Under the pieces are notes generated by a model. The model had not been told where the DNA came from and did not search any database. It saw only the letters and a program-made list of their open reading frames with translations. From contig JBGAIQ010000002.1 in assembly GCA_044225365.1 (NCBI GenBank), forward strand, positions 211,319 through 275,318: a DNA stretch of 64,000 bases, read 5' to 3'. A program made the translations under genes and the position numbers. Source of the stretch: Planctomycetota bacterium. Its GTDB lineage: Bacteria; Planctomycetota; B15-G4; JADJEK01. This document shows positions 43,647 to 53,216 of the stretch, piece after piece; the stretch's first letter is position 1, and each line of letters opens with the position of its first letter.

Positions 43647-45131
43647 ATGGCGAACATCTCGCTGCGAATCGCAGGTCTCTGGTTCGGTCTCGCCGCCCTC
43701 GGCGCGAGCGCCGTACCCGAACTCGACTATCGCAATCCGATCGCGGGCGAGAAACTCGAGCTCTTCGTCGGTCACGCGACGCCGTACGCCTGGGTGGACA
43801 TCGTCGTCCTCGTGAACGGCAATCCCATCGCTCCCGAAACCAAACTCACGGACGGTTCGGGATTCGCGCGGTTCGAATTGCCGCTCCCCGTGGATGCGGT
43901 CGACAAGCGCTTCACGATCACCGCACTCGAACGACGGACGCAGACGCCGAGCCGTTCGGTCGACATCGATATCGTCGCGCCCTCGCTGCTCATCTCGGGT
44001 CGCGAGAACGGTGAGGCCGTGCTGTATCGAATTCCGGTCGAACCGCGACTGGACGCGCAAGATGGCGCGAGTTCGCCATTGCGGATGGAGCGAATGACGA
44101 GGAAAGTCCTCGGCAGCGGGCAGCCCGGCGGCGCGGTGCGCGATGGACACTCGACGAAGACTTTCGTGATCGCCGATGCCGAGATCGGTCGCGTGCGCGT
44201 CCTCGAGGACGACGTCACGAAGGCCGAGATCACCCCGCTCGATCTCACGCCGGATCTTCGCGGGATCGCGATCTCACCGGATGGTCGCACCGTGCTCGTC
44301 ACCGCCGCGGGCGGGCGCAACGGGAACGGCGAACTGATCCTCATTCCGACGAGTGACCCCTCGGTGCGAACGCGCATCGATCTCGGATATCCCCTCGGAG
44401 TCGATGGCGGGCGCAACATCGTCGTCAGCGAAGACGGCACGCGCGCATTCGTCGCGCTCGACGGTGCGTTCCTTCGCGACGTCAATCTCGTCGCACTCGA
44501 GACCGGCTCCAAGCTATTCGCCGTCGGTACGCCCGGCCGCGATCACGTGCGCGATCTGCGAATCGTGGGGGATCAACTCGTCGCACTCACCGGGCATGCC
44601 GATCCCGCGGTGGCGAACGGCGCGTATTCCGGCGTCGACATCACGAATCCGCAGCGCACGGGTTACTACCGCACGTCTTCACGCGAATCGAAGTTCGACC
44701 TCGGGAGTGCGGCGGATGGCCGGCTTGCGCTCTTCGTCCTCGAGAAGTCGCTGCCGAACGGAGTCGCGGGCGAGATCACGGTGATCGACGTGGCGACGAT
44801 GTCGAACCGTGGATCGTTCGCAGTGCCGAGCGGCGCGGACGCACTGTTGCTCACTCCGAATCCCCGATCGACGCGCGCAGCGCTGCTCTACGGCGCGGGA
44901 ACGGCGGACGCGACGCTCCGACCCCTCGACCTCGCGACGCATTCCGTCGATGTGCCCCATGCGCTCGGCTACCCCGCCCAGGAACTCGCGGTGCAGGGGA
45001 GTTCCACGAGCGTGAGTCTCTTCTTCCTCAAGGACGCGACCGGTCGGATGCGCGCCTTGCGTGCGAGCGATCTGGTGGAGTCGACTCTGCCGATCACGAT
45101 CGACATCGCGGCGATCTCGATCTGTCAGTGA
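43647..45131 (+). CDS. Secreted YncE/YVTN-like beta-propeller protein
   Basis: Signal peptide, GIAISPDGRTVLVT, IVVSEDGTRAFVA. AGGA RBS. Confidence 0.7.
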   Translation: MANISLRIAGLWFGLAALGASAVPELDYRNPIAGEKLELFVGHATPYAWVDIVVLVNGNPIAPETKLTDGSGFARFELPLPVDAVDKRFTITALERRTQTPSRSVDIDIVAPSLLISGRENGEAVLYRIPVEPRLDAQDGASSPLRMERMTRKVLGSGQPGGAVRDGHSTKTFVIADAEIGRVRVLEDDVTKAEITPLDLTPDLRGIAISPDGRTVLVTAAGGRNGNGELILIPTSDPSVRTRIDLGYPLGVDGGRNIVVSEDGTRAFVALDGAFLRDVNLVALETGSKLFAVGTPGRDHVRDLRIVGDQLVALTGHADPAVANGAYSGVDITNPQRTGYYRTSSRESKFDLGSAADGRLALFVLEKSLPNGVAGEITVIDVATMSNRGSFAVPSGADALLLTPNPRSTRAALLYGAGTADATLRPLDLATHSVDVPHALGYPAQELAVQGSSTSVSLFFLKDATGRMRALRASDLVESTLPITIDIAAISICQ

Positions 45132-45238
45132 GGGAGCAGGATGGAGGCGCGAGCGAGGTCCTCGATGCGGCAGGACCTTCCGGCGAAGCCCGTCGCTTCC
45201 CACCCCTTCATTGAACCCGCTCCCGAAGGGGCGATCTG

Positions 45239-46723
45239 ATGGTCGCGCCAGCGTGGGGGCGGAACGAGTATCCGAAGTCGGCGGTGACCCGAACCGTCGA
45301 ACCGGTCGCGAGCCAAGTCGCTCGCGACGACGTCCCATGGCGGCCCTCGTCCCGGACCTGGCTTCGACGGCTCACCCTCGCGCGCTACCTGCTGCTCGTT
45401 CCGCTCTCCGGAGCGTTGATCTACGCGCGCTACCTCGGGTTCATCGCGGATGCATCGCGGGTCTTCGCGGCCATCCTCTTCGCGACGACGGTTCAGACCC
45501 TGCTCCATCGTTTCGGCGCGCGCGATGGATCGAGCGAGCGCGTCGCGACGCCATGCCTCTTCTCGTCGCTGATCGCTGACGGCGCGATGCTCGCGGTGAT
45601 CGCTTCGGCGACATCGGGGCTCGCGAGTCCTTTCGCCTTCGCGCTCGTCCTTCCCGTGGCGATCGGGGGCCTCACGCTCGCTTTCGCGCCGGCATCCGCG
45701 GTCGCAGTCTCCGCGATCGTCGCACTCCTCCTGCTCGCGCAATCGGAACCCGCCTCCCAGAGTTCCCTGCCCGTCGTCGCTCGCGCGTTGGGTGTGGGTG
45801 GAGTCCTTCTCGCCACGTTCGCTGGCGCCCGGTGGTTCCGCGCGCGTCTCCAGTATCTCGAGGCGCGTCTCGTCGAGCGCGAAGCCACGCCGGCGCCTCC
45901 GTCCTCGCTCGAACCGCGGGTCGCGGACGTCGAGTTCGCCGGAATCGATTTCGAGGAACTCCCGCTCGTCGCGACGGAGATGGAGCGCGGCCCGCCTTTG
46001 CTGCCGTCGTCCGCGCGCACTGCGGCTTTTGAGGAAGCCGCCCTCGCGTCGATCGCGAATCAACTCGGCAGCGAACTGCGCGATCCTGCCGGCATCATTC
46101 GCGCGCGTGCGGAGAGCCTGCGCTTCGAACTCAAGGACCGCGAGCGTCGCGACCAGATCCTCGCCGAATTCGAGCGTCTCCTGCGCGCCGCGGATCGAGT
46201 CGACGACGTACGACTCACCCTCGCGACTCTGGCGAAGACCGCCGCACCCGGGCACGCCGAATGCGACGCGCGCGCGTTGGTCCTGGAACTGCGCACCGCG
46301 TTCGTCGATGAATTCGAGCGCGATGGCGTCAAACTGCGACTCGAGGCGCCGCGTGGCGTCTCGCCGGTTGCCTTGTCGCACAACGAACTGCGCCTCATCG
46401 TCGTGCGTCTGATCGATGCGAGTCGACGAGCGGCGCTCGCGGCGAGTCGCAACATCCGTGTGACGGCGCGAGTCTCGAGCCTGGGCTCGGGCGTCTGCCT
46501 CGAAGTCGAGGACAATCTGATGCTCGGCGCCATTCCTCCCGTCGATGCTGCCCCGACGCACGACGTCGAGAAGCGTCCCGGACTCGGCCTCGCCCTTTCG
46601 GTCGCGCGTCACATCCTCGCCCTGCGTGGCGGTATGCTCGAAGTCGTGCCGCGGCGCGGCGGTGGATTCGCGATTCGGGCGCACCTGCCGGTCGCGGCGT
46701 CGAAGTCGAACGCGGCCTTCTGA
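45239..46723 (+). CDS. Membrane sensor histidine-kinase-like protein with degenerate H and N boxes
   Basis: PilS-like TM region (D...TSGLASPF), GSELRDPA in place of AHELRNPL, G2 box GLGLALS..I...GG. Confidence 0.75.
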   Translation: MVAPAWGRNEYPKSAVTRTVEPVASQVARDDVPWRPSSRTWLRRLTLARYLLLVPLSGALIYARYLGFIADASRVFAAILFATTVQTLLHRFGARDGSSERVATPCLFSSLIADGAMLAVIASATSGLASPFAFALVLPVAIGGLTLAFAPASAVAVSAIVALLLLAQSEPASQSSLPVVARALGVGGVLLATFAGARWFRARLQYLEARLVEREATPAPPSSLEPRVADVEFAGIDFEELPLVATEMERGPPLLPSSARTAAFEEAALASIANQLGSELRDPAGIIRARAESLRFELKDRERRDQILAEFERLLRAADRVDDVRLTLATLAKTAAPGHAECDARALVLELRTAFVDEFERDGVKLRLEAPRGVSPVALSHNELRLIVVRLIDASRRAALAASRNIRVTARVSSLGSGVCLEVEDNLMLGAIPPVDAAPTHDVEKRPGLGLALSVARHILALRGGMLEVVPRRGGGFAIRAHLPVAASKSNAAF

Positions 46724-46788
46724 TTCGCGTGCGCCTTCCGTAAGGTGTCCCCGCGCGGCGACGTCGCCGGTGCCACGGAACGCAAGGA

Positions 46789-47832
46789 ATGCGCGCACTC
46801 CTCTACGCCAAGAAGCCCGTCGCCGCGGTGATGATGCGATCGATCGCGGATCGCCTCGCGCGCGAGTATGGCATGGAGATCCATGCTTGCTCGCGACTGT
46901 TCGGGCGCTCGGATGCCGGGGCCATCTTCGAAGCCGCGGGGCTGCCCGGCACCCGGGCGATCGCGAAGTGGCGCGCACGGCTCACGCGATTCGATCTCTA
47001 TCTCTCCGCGGACTTCGGCATCGTCGCACCCCGTGCGCGCGTGAAGGTGCACACCTTCCATGGCGTATCGTTCCGCAACCACGCCGTGAACCAGGCGGCC
47101 TTGCGCTACGACCTACTGCTCGTCCCAGGCCCGTACATGCGACGGCAATTCGAAAGTTTGGGGATCGTGACCGCGCTGAACGAGAAGCGGTTTCCGATCA
47201 CCGGTATGCCGAAGCTCGACGCGCTCGTCGATGGCACCCTGCGGCGGGCGAACATCCTCTCGCGATTGCGACTCGATCCCTCGCAGAAGACCGTTCTCTT
47301 CGCTCCCACCTGGTCGAAGAAGTTCTCGTCGTTGGAAGTCCACGGCGATCGGATGATCGAGGCGTTGCGTGCGTTGCCGTACAACGTGATCGTCAAGCTG
47401 CATGACAATTCGCGCGACCTCCGCAAGGCGACTCGCGATTGGGCGGCCGCGTTTCGCGCGATCGCGAACGATCGACTCACCTACGTCGAGGAACCCGACA
47501 TCGTTCCGTTGATGGTGGCTTCGGACGCGATCGTCTCCGATGCGTCCTCGACCGCGAACGAGTTCACGTTGCTCGATCGCCCGATCGTGTTCGTCGCGAC
47601 GCCGCACCTCGAACAGAAGGTCAAGGCGAAGGCGGATCTCGAGACGTGGGGACAGAAAGCGGGCGCGATCGCGTCGCGTCCCGAGGATCTCCGCGACGTC
47701 CTCGAGCACGAATTCGGCGATCCTCAGCGTCTCGCTCCCGTGCGTCAGGCGCTCGCCCGCGACTTGTTCCACGATCCGGGGAACGCGACGAAGAACGCCG
47801 TGAACGCGATACGCGCTCTGCTGCAGAGCTGA
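46789..47832 (+). CDS. CDP-glycerol glycerophosphotransferase (TagF/TagB-like) family
   Basis: FHGVSF, TGMPKLD, VLFAPTW, VKLH, SDASS, DRPI. Confidence 0.88.
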   Translation: MRALLYAKKPVAAVMMRSIADRLAREYGMEIHACSRLFGRSDAGAIFEAAGLPGTRAIAKWRARLTRFDLYLSADFGIVAPRARVKVHTFHGVSFRNHAVNQAALRYDLLLVPGPYMRRQFESLGIVTALNEKRFPITGMPKLDALVDGTLRRANILSRLRLDPSQKTVLFAPTWSKKFSSLEVHGDRMIEALRALPYNVIVKLHDNSRDLRKATRDWAAAFRAIANDRLTYVEEPDIVPLMVASDAIVSDASSTANEFTLLDRPIVFVATPHLEQKVKAKADLETWGQKAGAIASRPEDLRDVLEHEFGDPQRLAPVRQALARDLFHDPGNATKNAVNAIRALLQS

Positions 47833-47848
47833 TGGGTCGCGAGTCGAT

Positions 47849-48931
47849 TCAGGCGAGGTTCTTCAAGAGGGTCGAGAGTTCGTCGATCGTGCGCTGCCAC
47901 GGCATGGCTGCCTGCCGTCTGCGTTGCCCCTCGGCGAGTCGCTCGCGAAGCGTCGCATCCGACAGTTCCTCGAGGATGCGAGTGAGGTGCGGCACGTCGG
48001 GGTCGTACGACGGAACGCCCGTCTTCGTCGCACCCACGACGTGCGACGCCACGAGTCGGCCGGAGATCCCATCGTCGACGAGTTCGTTCATGGGCGGGAC
48101 GTCGTTCACGACGAGCGGCATCCCGAACGCGATCGCTTCGAAGAAGTGCAGGCCCGTGCCTTCCCATCGCGAGACGCCGACGCAGACGTCACACGACGCG
48201 AAGAGTCGATAGTAGTCGGCGCAATCGATGTCCTCGATGAGCTCGAGGATCCGCGGATCCCCCTTCGTATCGTACGGCTCGGCCAATGGCGATTCGATCT
48301 GCGCCTTCAGTACGAGTCGGAGGTGATCGCCTTTCGCATTGCGGAAGGCCTCGACGATCGAGCGGATCGGTTTGCGTGGCCCGAGGAGTCCGCCGGGGAA
48401 GAAGAAGGAAACGGTGTCAGAGTGCTCACGGGGGCGCGAACGCGGAACCGCGAGGAGTTCGGGATGAAGGCCCCAGAACAGCAGCGGACTTCGCATCCCG
48501 AGGCGCGCGTAACGCGACTGCGTGGCACGATTCAGCGAGTAGACGACATCGTAGGCGGCCTTGGCCTTGGCGACGTGTTCGCGCTCGAACGACTCCCACA
48601 CGAAGTACCCGACGTTCTTCACGCCGATCTCGCGCAACTTGCGCAGTTCCTTCCACTGGTAGTTCTGATTGAAGAAACACACTTCGATCGCGTGGCGTTT
48701 CGCGAAGCCGACGTACTCGTCGAGAGGGATCTCGAAGTGCGATGCGTCCTCGACGTTCTTCTGCGCCCACACGTCTTCGTGGTCGATCTTGCCGGGGAGC
48801 ACGTGTTCGTCGCGAGTCGGGCGAGCGAGCACGAACGTCTCGTGGCCGAGCGAGTCCAGGGCGTCGCGAAGGTGACGCGAGAGCGTCGCCTGGCCCTGAT
48901 TGCGCCACTGGCTGACGATCCCGATCCTCAT
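47849..48931 (-). CDS. Glycosyltransferase family 4
   Basis: RKP..., SRWEGTGLHFFEA..FGMP, PMNELV. Confidence 0.88.
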   Translation of the reverse strand: MRIGIVSQWRNQGQATLSRHLRDALDSLGHETFVLARPTRDEHVLPGKIDHEDVWAQKNVEDASHFEIPLDEYVGFAKRHAIEVCFFNQNYQWKELRKLREIGVKNVGYFVWESFEREHVAKAKAAYDVVYSLNRATQSRYARLGMRSPLLFWGLHPELLAVPRSRPREHSDTVSFFFPGGLLGPRKPIRSIVEAFRNAKGDHLRLVLKAQIESPLAEPYDTKGDPRILELIEDIDCADYYRLFASCDVCVGVSRWEGTGLHFFEAIAFGMPLVVNDVPPMNELVDDGISGRLVASHVVGATKTGVPSYDPDVPHLTRILEELSDATLRERLAEGQRRRQAAMPWQRTIDELSTLLKNLA

Positions 48932-49875
48932 GAGTCCTCGCTCCCCTTCGATGCGAGGCGCTTCGCGTTCCGCGCACGGCGGCGCTCGAGTGCCTGCTTC
49001 ACCGCGAGGGGCAACAGACGATGGAGGGGCGTCGCGGGCCGGTAGTCCTTCTGTCGCATCTCGAACCACACCACGCTCTCGATGCGGGTGATCTCGCTCG
49101 CCGTGAGGCGCTCGCGCCACGATTCGCGCTCGCCGGCGGTTCGCTTCAAGGGCTTCAGCGCCTCCGCCTTCCACGGCTCGCGCTCGATGTCGATTCCGAC
49201 CGGCGCGACTTCGTGATACGCGAGCATCGCCCAATCGAAATCGAGATGGATCGCGGTGCACATCCGACGCAATTCCGCCTCGGGGTTCGCGAGGAGATTC
49301 TCGTAGCGCACTTCCACGTAGGGCGCGTGGAGGGGACGCGCCTTGCGCGACGTCTCGAGGTAGCGCCGCCACACTTCGGCGTCCGTCTCGAGCGAACCGT
49401 TGGTGAACGGGACATTGCGCCACGATTCCGTCACGGCGCGGGGGTCGCGGACGATGTGGACGAAGCGGGCGTTCGGGAACCACCCTTCGAGTCGTTGCAT
49501 GGCGAGCAGGTGATTCGGTGTCTTCTCGCCGACTTGCGGTTTGTTCCGTTTGCGCCGGTAGGCGTCGAGGAGTTCGGCGAAGACGTCTTCGTATTCGAGG
49601 TCGCGATCGACGAGCCGCGCCGTGAAGTCCGCCGCATCGAGTCCCATCTCTGCGAATTCGGGAAGCGCCGTCAGATCTCGAAGCAGCTTCGTTCGATGCC
49701 GTGCATCGTCGAGTCTCCCGTAGTGCTTCCGCCGCTCCCCGAACTTCCGCACGAAGAACGTCTCCGGCGCGATCGCGACCTGCGGATGCGCGTCGAGCAT
49801 GCGCTGCAGCAACGTCGTGCCCGAGCGGGGAACGCCGACGAGGAAGATGGGACCGGGCTCGAGGAGCCGTGTCAT
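48928..49875 (-). CDS. PAPS-dependent sulfotransferase
   Basis: GVPRSGTTLL, EKTPNH, RDPRAVTES, RYENL. Confidence 0.93.
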   Translation of the reverse strand: MTRLLEPGPIFLVGVPRSGTTLLQRMLDAHPQVAIAPETFFVRKFGERRKHYGRLDDARHRTKLLRDLTALPEFAEMGLDAADFTARLVDRDLEYEDVFAELLDAYRRKRNKPQVGEKTPNHLLAMQRLEGWFPNARFVHIVRDPRAVTESWRNVPFTNGSLETDAEVWRRYLETSRKARPLHAPYVEVRYENLLANPEAELRRMCTAIHLDFDWAMLAYHEVAPVGIDIEREPWKAEALKPLKRTAGERESWRERLTASEITRIESVVWFEMRQKDYRPATPLHRLLPLAVKQALERRRARNAKRLASKGSEDS

Positions 49876-50822
49876 CGCGGTTCTCCGCGTTCCACGGAAG
49901 TCGCCGGCAGGTAGCCGAGCCGTCGCAGGAGGTCGCCGGCCTCGCGTTCGATCACGACCCTTCCCGTCACGTCGAGTTCGCGCTCGTGGCGAGCGACGGA
50001 ATCGCGGCGCACTCGCGTGAGCGCCGCTTCGAGCGCGCGGCGCGACGCATCGCTCGTGATCCCGAGGAAGTCGAGAGTCCTCGTCGCGACTCCCAACGGG
50101 CCGCTCGCGAGTTCCTCGTAGCGGATCTCGAGGTAACGCGAGCTTCCGAGTCTTGCGGTCTGCTCGAGAACGCTTTCCACGTGCCGTCGCCACGCCCAGA
50201 TGCAACGGTGGAGATCGCTGGTGCTCTCGAATTCGGCGCGTCGTTCGGGCTCGACCCAGAAGCGAGCGAAAGGACCGAACGGATAGCCGCCGCTCTCGAT
50301 CTGTCCGAGCTTCTTCCCGCGCTCGGTGAGCCACGGTTTCTCGACGTACGACAGTGCCGCATCGCGACCGTCGCGCACGATGTGCAGGAATTGCGCATCA
50401 GGAAACGTCCGCGCGAGGAACTCGATCACGAAGCAGTTCTGCGGCGTCTTGTCGGCGTAGCGTCGCGACAGTTCGCCGACCCTTCGCATGAGCCAGCGAT
50501 AGACGTTCTTGTAGAAGAACCGCGAGAACGACTCGCCCCAACGCTGTTCGTAGACGTAGCGCGCCGCGGCCTTCGTGATCGGCGGCTCGTAGTGATACGA
50601 GAACTCGGGGAGCGCTCCGATCAGGTCGCCGAGCAACGACGTCCCGGAGCGCGGCGCGCCGACGACGAACAATGGGTGCGCGAGGTTCGCCGATGCATAT
50701 CGCTTGGAAGGTGGTCCACTCGCGATCCCGGCTTCGCGACGCATCGCTTCGTCGACCTCCGCGGTCTTCCGCAACCAGGTGCGGAGGTTGAAGATCGTGA
50801 GAGGGGTAGGGTCGCGCTGCAT
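49872..50822 (-). CDS. PAPS-dependent sulfotransferase
   Basis: GAPRSGTSLL, DKTP, RDGRDAALS, RYEEL. Confidence 0.93.
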   Translation of the reverse strand: MQRDPTPLTIFNLRTWLRKTAEVDEAMRREAGIASGPPSKRYASANLAHPLFVVGAPRSGTSLLGDLIGALPEFSYHYEPPITKAAARYVYEQRWGESFSRFFYKNVYRWLMRRVGELSRRYADKTPQNCFVIEFLARTFPDAQFLHIVRDGRDAALSYVEKPWLTERGKKLGQIESGGYPFGPFARFWVEPERRAEFESTSDLHRCIWAWRRHVESVLEQTARLGSSRYLEIRYEELASGPLGVATRTLDFLGITSDASRRALEAALTRVRRDSVARHERELDVTGRVVIEREAGDLLRRLGYLPATSVERGEPR

Positions 50823-50828
50823 CGTGGA

Positions 50829-51857
50829 TCATTCCACAGCAGCGGCGGGATCGACTTCCAGACCGTGCACGCAGGAATCGACATCTCTCGTGTCGGTGAA
50901 GAGGTCCACGAGCTCCGCGGTCGCCTCGTCGATCACCAGGATCGTCGCGGGAGAGATGCCGACGTAGAGCTTCCCGGCGTGCCGCGCGAGTCCGCGTGCG
51001 AAGAGGGGCATCGACGCGCGTGCCGGCAGGAGATTCATCTTCTCCAGCTTCTTGCGCAATTGAAACCACGGCATCGCGAAGCGCACGAGCGATTTCACTC
51101 GGGGATCGTTTCCGTATCCGACGTGTCTCACGCGCTTTCGAGAGCCGAGATCGAAGACCAGGACGCCGCGGCCCACCGTGTGGTTCACGTAGGCACGATC
51201 GTCGACGACGAGCAGGTTGTGCGATCCATTGAGTGCGTTGTCGCGAATGAGGATCACGTCGCGAGTGAGATTGGCGATGCAGCCCTGCTTGGAGAACAGT
51301 GCGAGGATCTCGCCGCGATGGACCGCGACCGCGTTGAGATGCAGATGGTGGGGATGAGTGAAGTGCTCGCTGCCGAGGAAGCGCGTGCGGTTGTCGGCGT
51401 CCTTGTCGATCGAAAGAGGCGAGAGGCTGAGCGACTTCTGGATGTCAGGCATCTCGCGCGGGTGGTATGCCGCGAGAAGTCGGCCGTCGAGGAGATCGAT
51501 CTCCAGGGCGGCGTCCACCGCCGTCGAACTCGCGAGCAGCGACCGTTCGCCGGTGCGCACGATCTCATGGAGCGACGCCATCATGGGATGGGAGATGCGG
51601 CGAAGGGGGCGCAGCGATCGATCGAAGAACAGGAGCGTGTGGTACGAGGCGACGCAGATCTCTGCGCGATCCGGCAAAACGAGGATGCCGCGACCGCCGC
51701 GAGTGTTTCCGCGCGGATTCGGATCGTCGATCGAAGGATCGCTCGGCACGATCGGCGTGCGTGCTTCCACCTTCTTCTTCGCGAGATCGAGTACGGCGAG
51801 TTCTCCGCCGCGCGCGAGCGGCGCATTGCGATTCACCGTCGAGAAGTAGATCCGCAT
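50829..51857 (-). CDS. Hypothetical beta-propeller protein (aryl-sulfotransferase-like motifs)
   Basis: RGI/RGL blades, LHEI, HLHLNAV, SHNL. No signal peptide. Confidence 0.65.
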   Translation of the reverse strand: MRIYFSTVNRNAPLARGGELAVLDLAKKKVEARTPIVPSDPSIDDPNPRGNTRGGRGILVLPDRAEICVASYHTLLFFDRSLRPLRRISHPMMASLHEIVRTGERSLLASSTAVDAALEIDLLDGRLLAAYHPREMPDIQKSLSLSPLSIDKDADNRTRFLGSEHFTHPHHLHLNAVAVHRGEILALFSKQGCIANLTRDVILIRDNALNGSHNLLVVDDRAYVNHTVGRGVLVFDLGSRKRVRHVGYGNDPRVKSLVRFAMPWFQLRKKLEKMNLLPARASMPLFARGLARHAGKLYVGISPATILVIDEATAELVDLFTDTRDVDSCVHGLEVDPAAAVE

Positions 51858-51862
51858 CGAGG

Positions 51863-53203
51863 TCACCGCATCTCGTCGGCGGGGCGGAGATATCCGAGGA
51901 CGAGGAGGCGCTCGACGATCTTCTCCGCGGACTGCTGCGGAGTCTCTCGATCGGTACGGCACTCGACGAACGTGGAGGGATCGCCCGCCGGCGGCTCGTA
52001 GGGATCGTCGACGCCCGTGAAGCCCTTGATCTCACCGCGCCGAGCTCGCGCGTACTGACCCTTCTGATCGCGCTTCTCGCAGACGTCGACCGGGGCATTG
52101 ACGAACACTTCGATGTAGTCGCCGATGCGGCGTTGATTCTCCGCCCGCACGCTCTTGTAGGGGGCGATCGCCGCAACGACGACGGTGCCACCGTGACGCG
52201 TGATCTCGCCGGCGACGAAACCGATGCGCCGGATGTTGAGGTCCCGATCCTCTCGCGAGAACGTGAGACCTTTCGACAGGTGCGTGCGAACGATGTCGCC
52301 GTCGAGGAGGGTCGAGCCGCGTCCGAAGTCGAGCAGACGCCGGGTGAGGATCGCCGCGATCGTCGATTTGCCCGACTGCGAGAGTCCGGTGAGCCAGATC
52401 GTCACTCCCCGGCGATGCGCGGGAGGGAGGATTCGCTCACGCAATTCGTCGAGGGCCGCGGATTCGGGAGCCGCGGGGCTCGCCGCCGGCTGCGCCAACA
52501 TTTCGGCAGCGCCGAACGCTCGCGCCACGATCGGGCGCAGTTCGCGCCGCACCTCCGGGACGACGATGCAGGTGATCTTGCGCGGCGGCGTGATCGCGCG
52601 CATCCTCGCGACGATCGTCTTCACGCGCAGGAAGTGTCGCAGATCGCCCGCGGGGACGTCGCGCGATGGGATGAGGACGAGCGTCGAATCGCCCGCACTC
52701 GCGATCGCCGCCAACTCCGCCGCCGAGGGCAGGTCGTCGCAGTAGTACGCGCGATCGCTCGCTGCCACGGCTCCGGGCACCGCGCGGAGCTCGGGGAAAT
52801 CGGCGTGATGGGGGAGGCGAACGAGTTTCAGCGTTCCCGCGGCGCAGGGGGAGTCGCTCGGATCGGTCGACGGCGCAGGGAACGTCGATGTCACTTCGAG
52901 GAGTGCGAGGATCACGCCTTCGGTGTTGCGAAGCGCGAGGAGATCTCCGCTCCGCGTTTCGCGATCGACCCGCAGCAGCACGGGCGCGGGAAAGGGCGTG
53001 CCGTCCTCGAGCGTGCCGCGCGTTTCGATCGAACGGGTCGTCGCAGCGTCGCAATAGCTCGCGAGTGGGGCGTAGGCGCCCATGAGCAGGAGTTCGAGAT
53101 CGGCGAGTTCGGAGCGCTCGAGCGTGCGCGGACGCGCGTTCGCGAGGCGAGGCGAATCCTCGGGTTCCTTCTCGATCTCGATGGCTCGGCTCGTGCCCGT
53201 CAT
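51863..53203 (-). CDS. cysC: Adenylyl-sulfate kinase fused to a decayed ATP-sulfurylase domain
   Basis: C-terminal WLTGLSQSGKST, LLDGD.VR, RD.KG.Y, FTGVDDPYEPP. N-terminal DLELL..GAYAPL without QTRNP/HxxH. Confidence 0.9.
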   Translation of the reverse strand: MTGTSRAIEIEKEPEDSPRLANARPRTLERSELADLELLLMGAYAPLASYCDAATTRSIETRGTLEDGTPFPAPVLLRVDRETRSGDLLALRNTEGVILALLEVTSTFPAPSTDPSDSPCAAGTLKLVRLPHHADFPELRAVPGAVAASDRAYYCDDLPSAAELAAIASAGDSTLVLIPSRDVPAGDLRHFLRVKTIVARMRAITPPRKITCIVVPEVRRELRPIVARAFGAAEMLAQPAASPAAPESAALDELRERILPPAHRRGVTIWLTGLSQSGKSTIAAILTRRLLDFGRGSTLLDGDIVRTHLSKGLTFSREDRDLNIRRIGFVAGEITRHGGTVVVAAIAPYKSVRAENQRRIGDYIEVFVNAPVDVCEKRDQKGQYARARRGEIKGFTGVDDPYEPPAGDPSTFVECRTDRETPQQSAEKIVERLLVLGYLRPADEMR

Positions 53204-53216
53204 GCGCGCGATCGGA

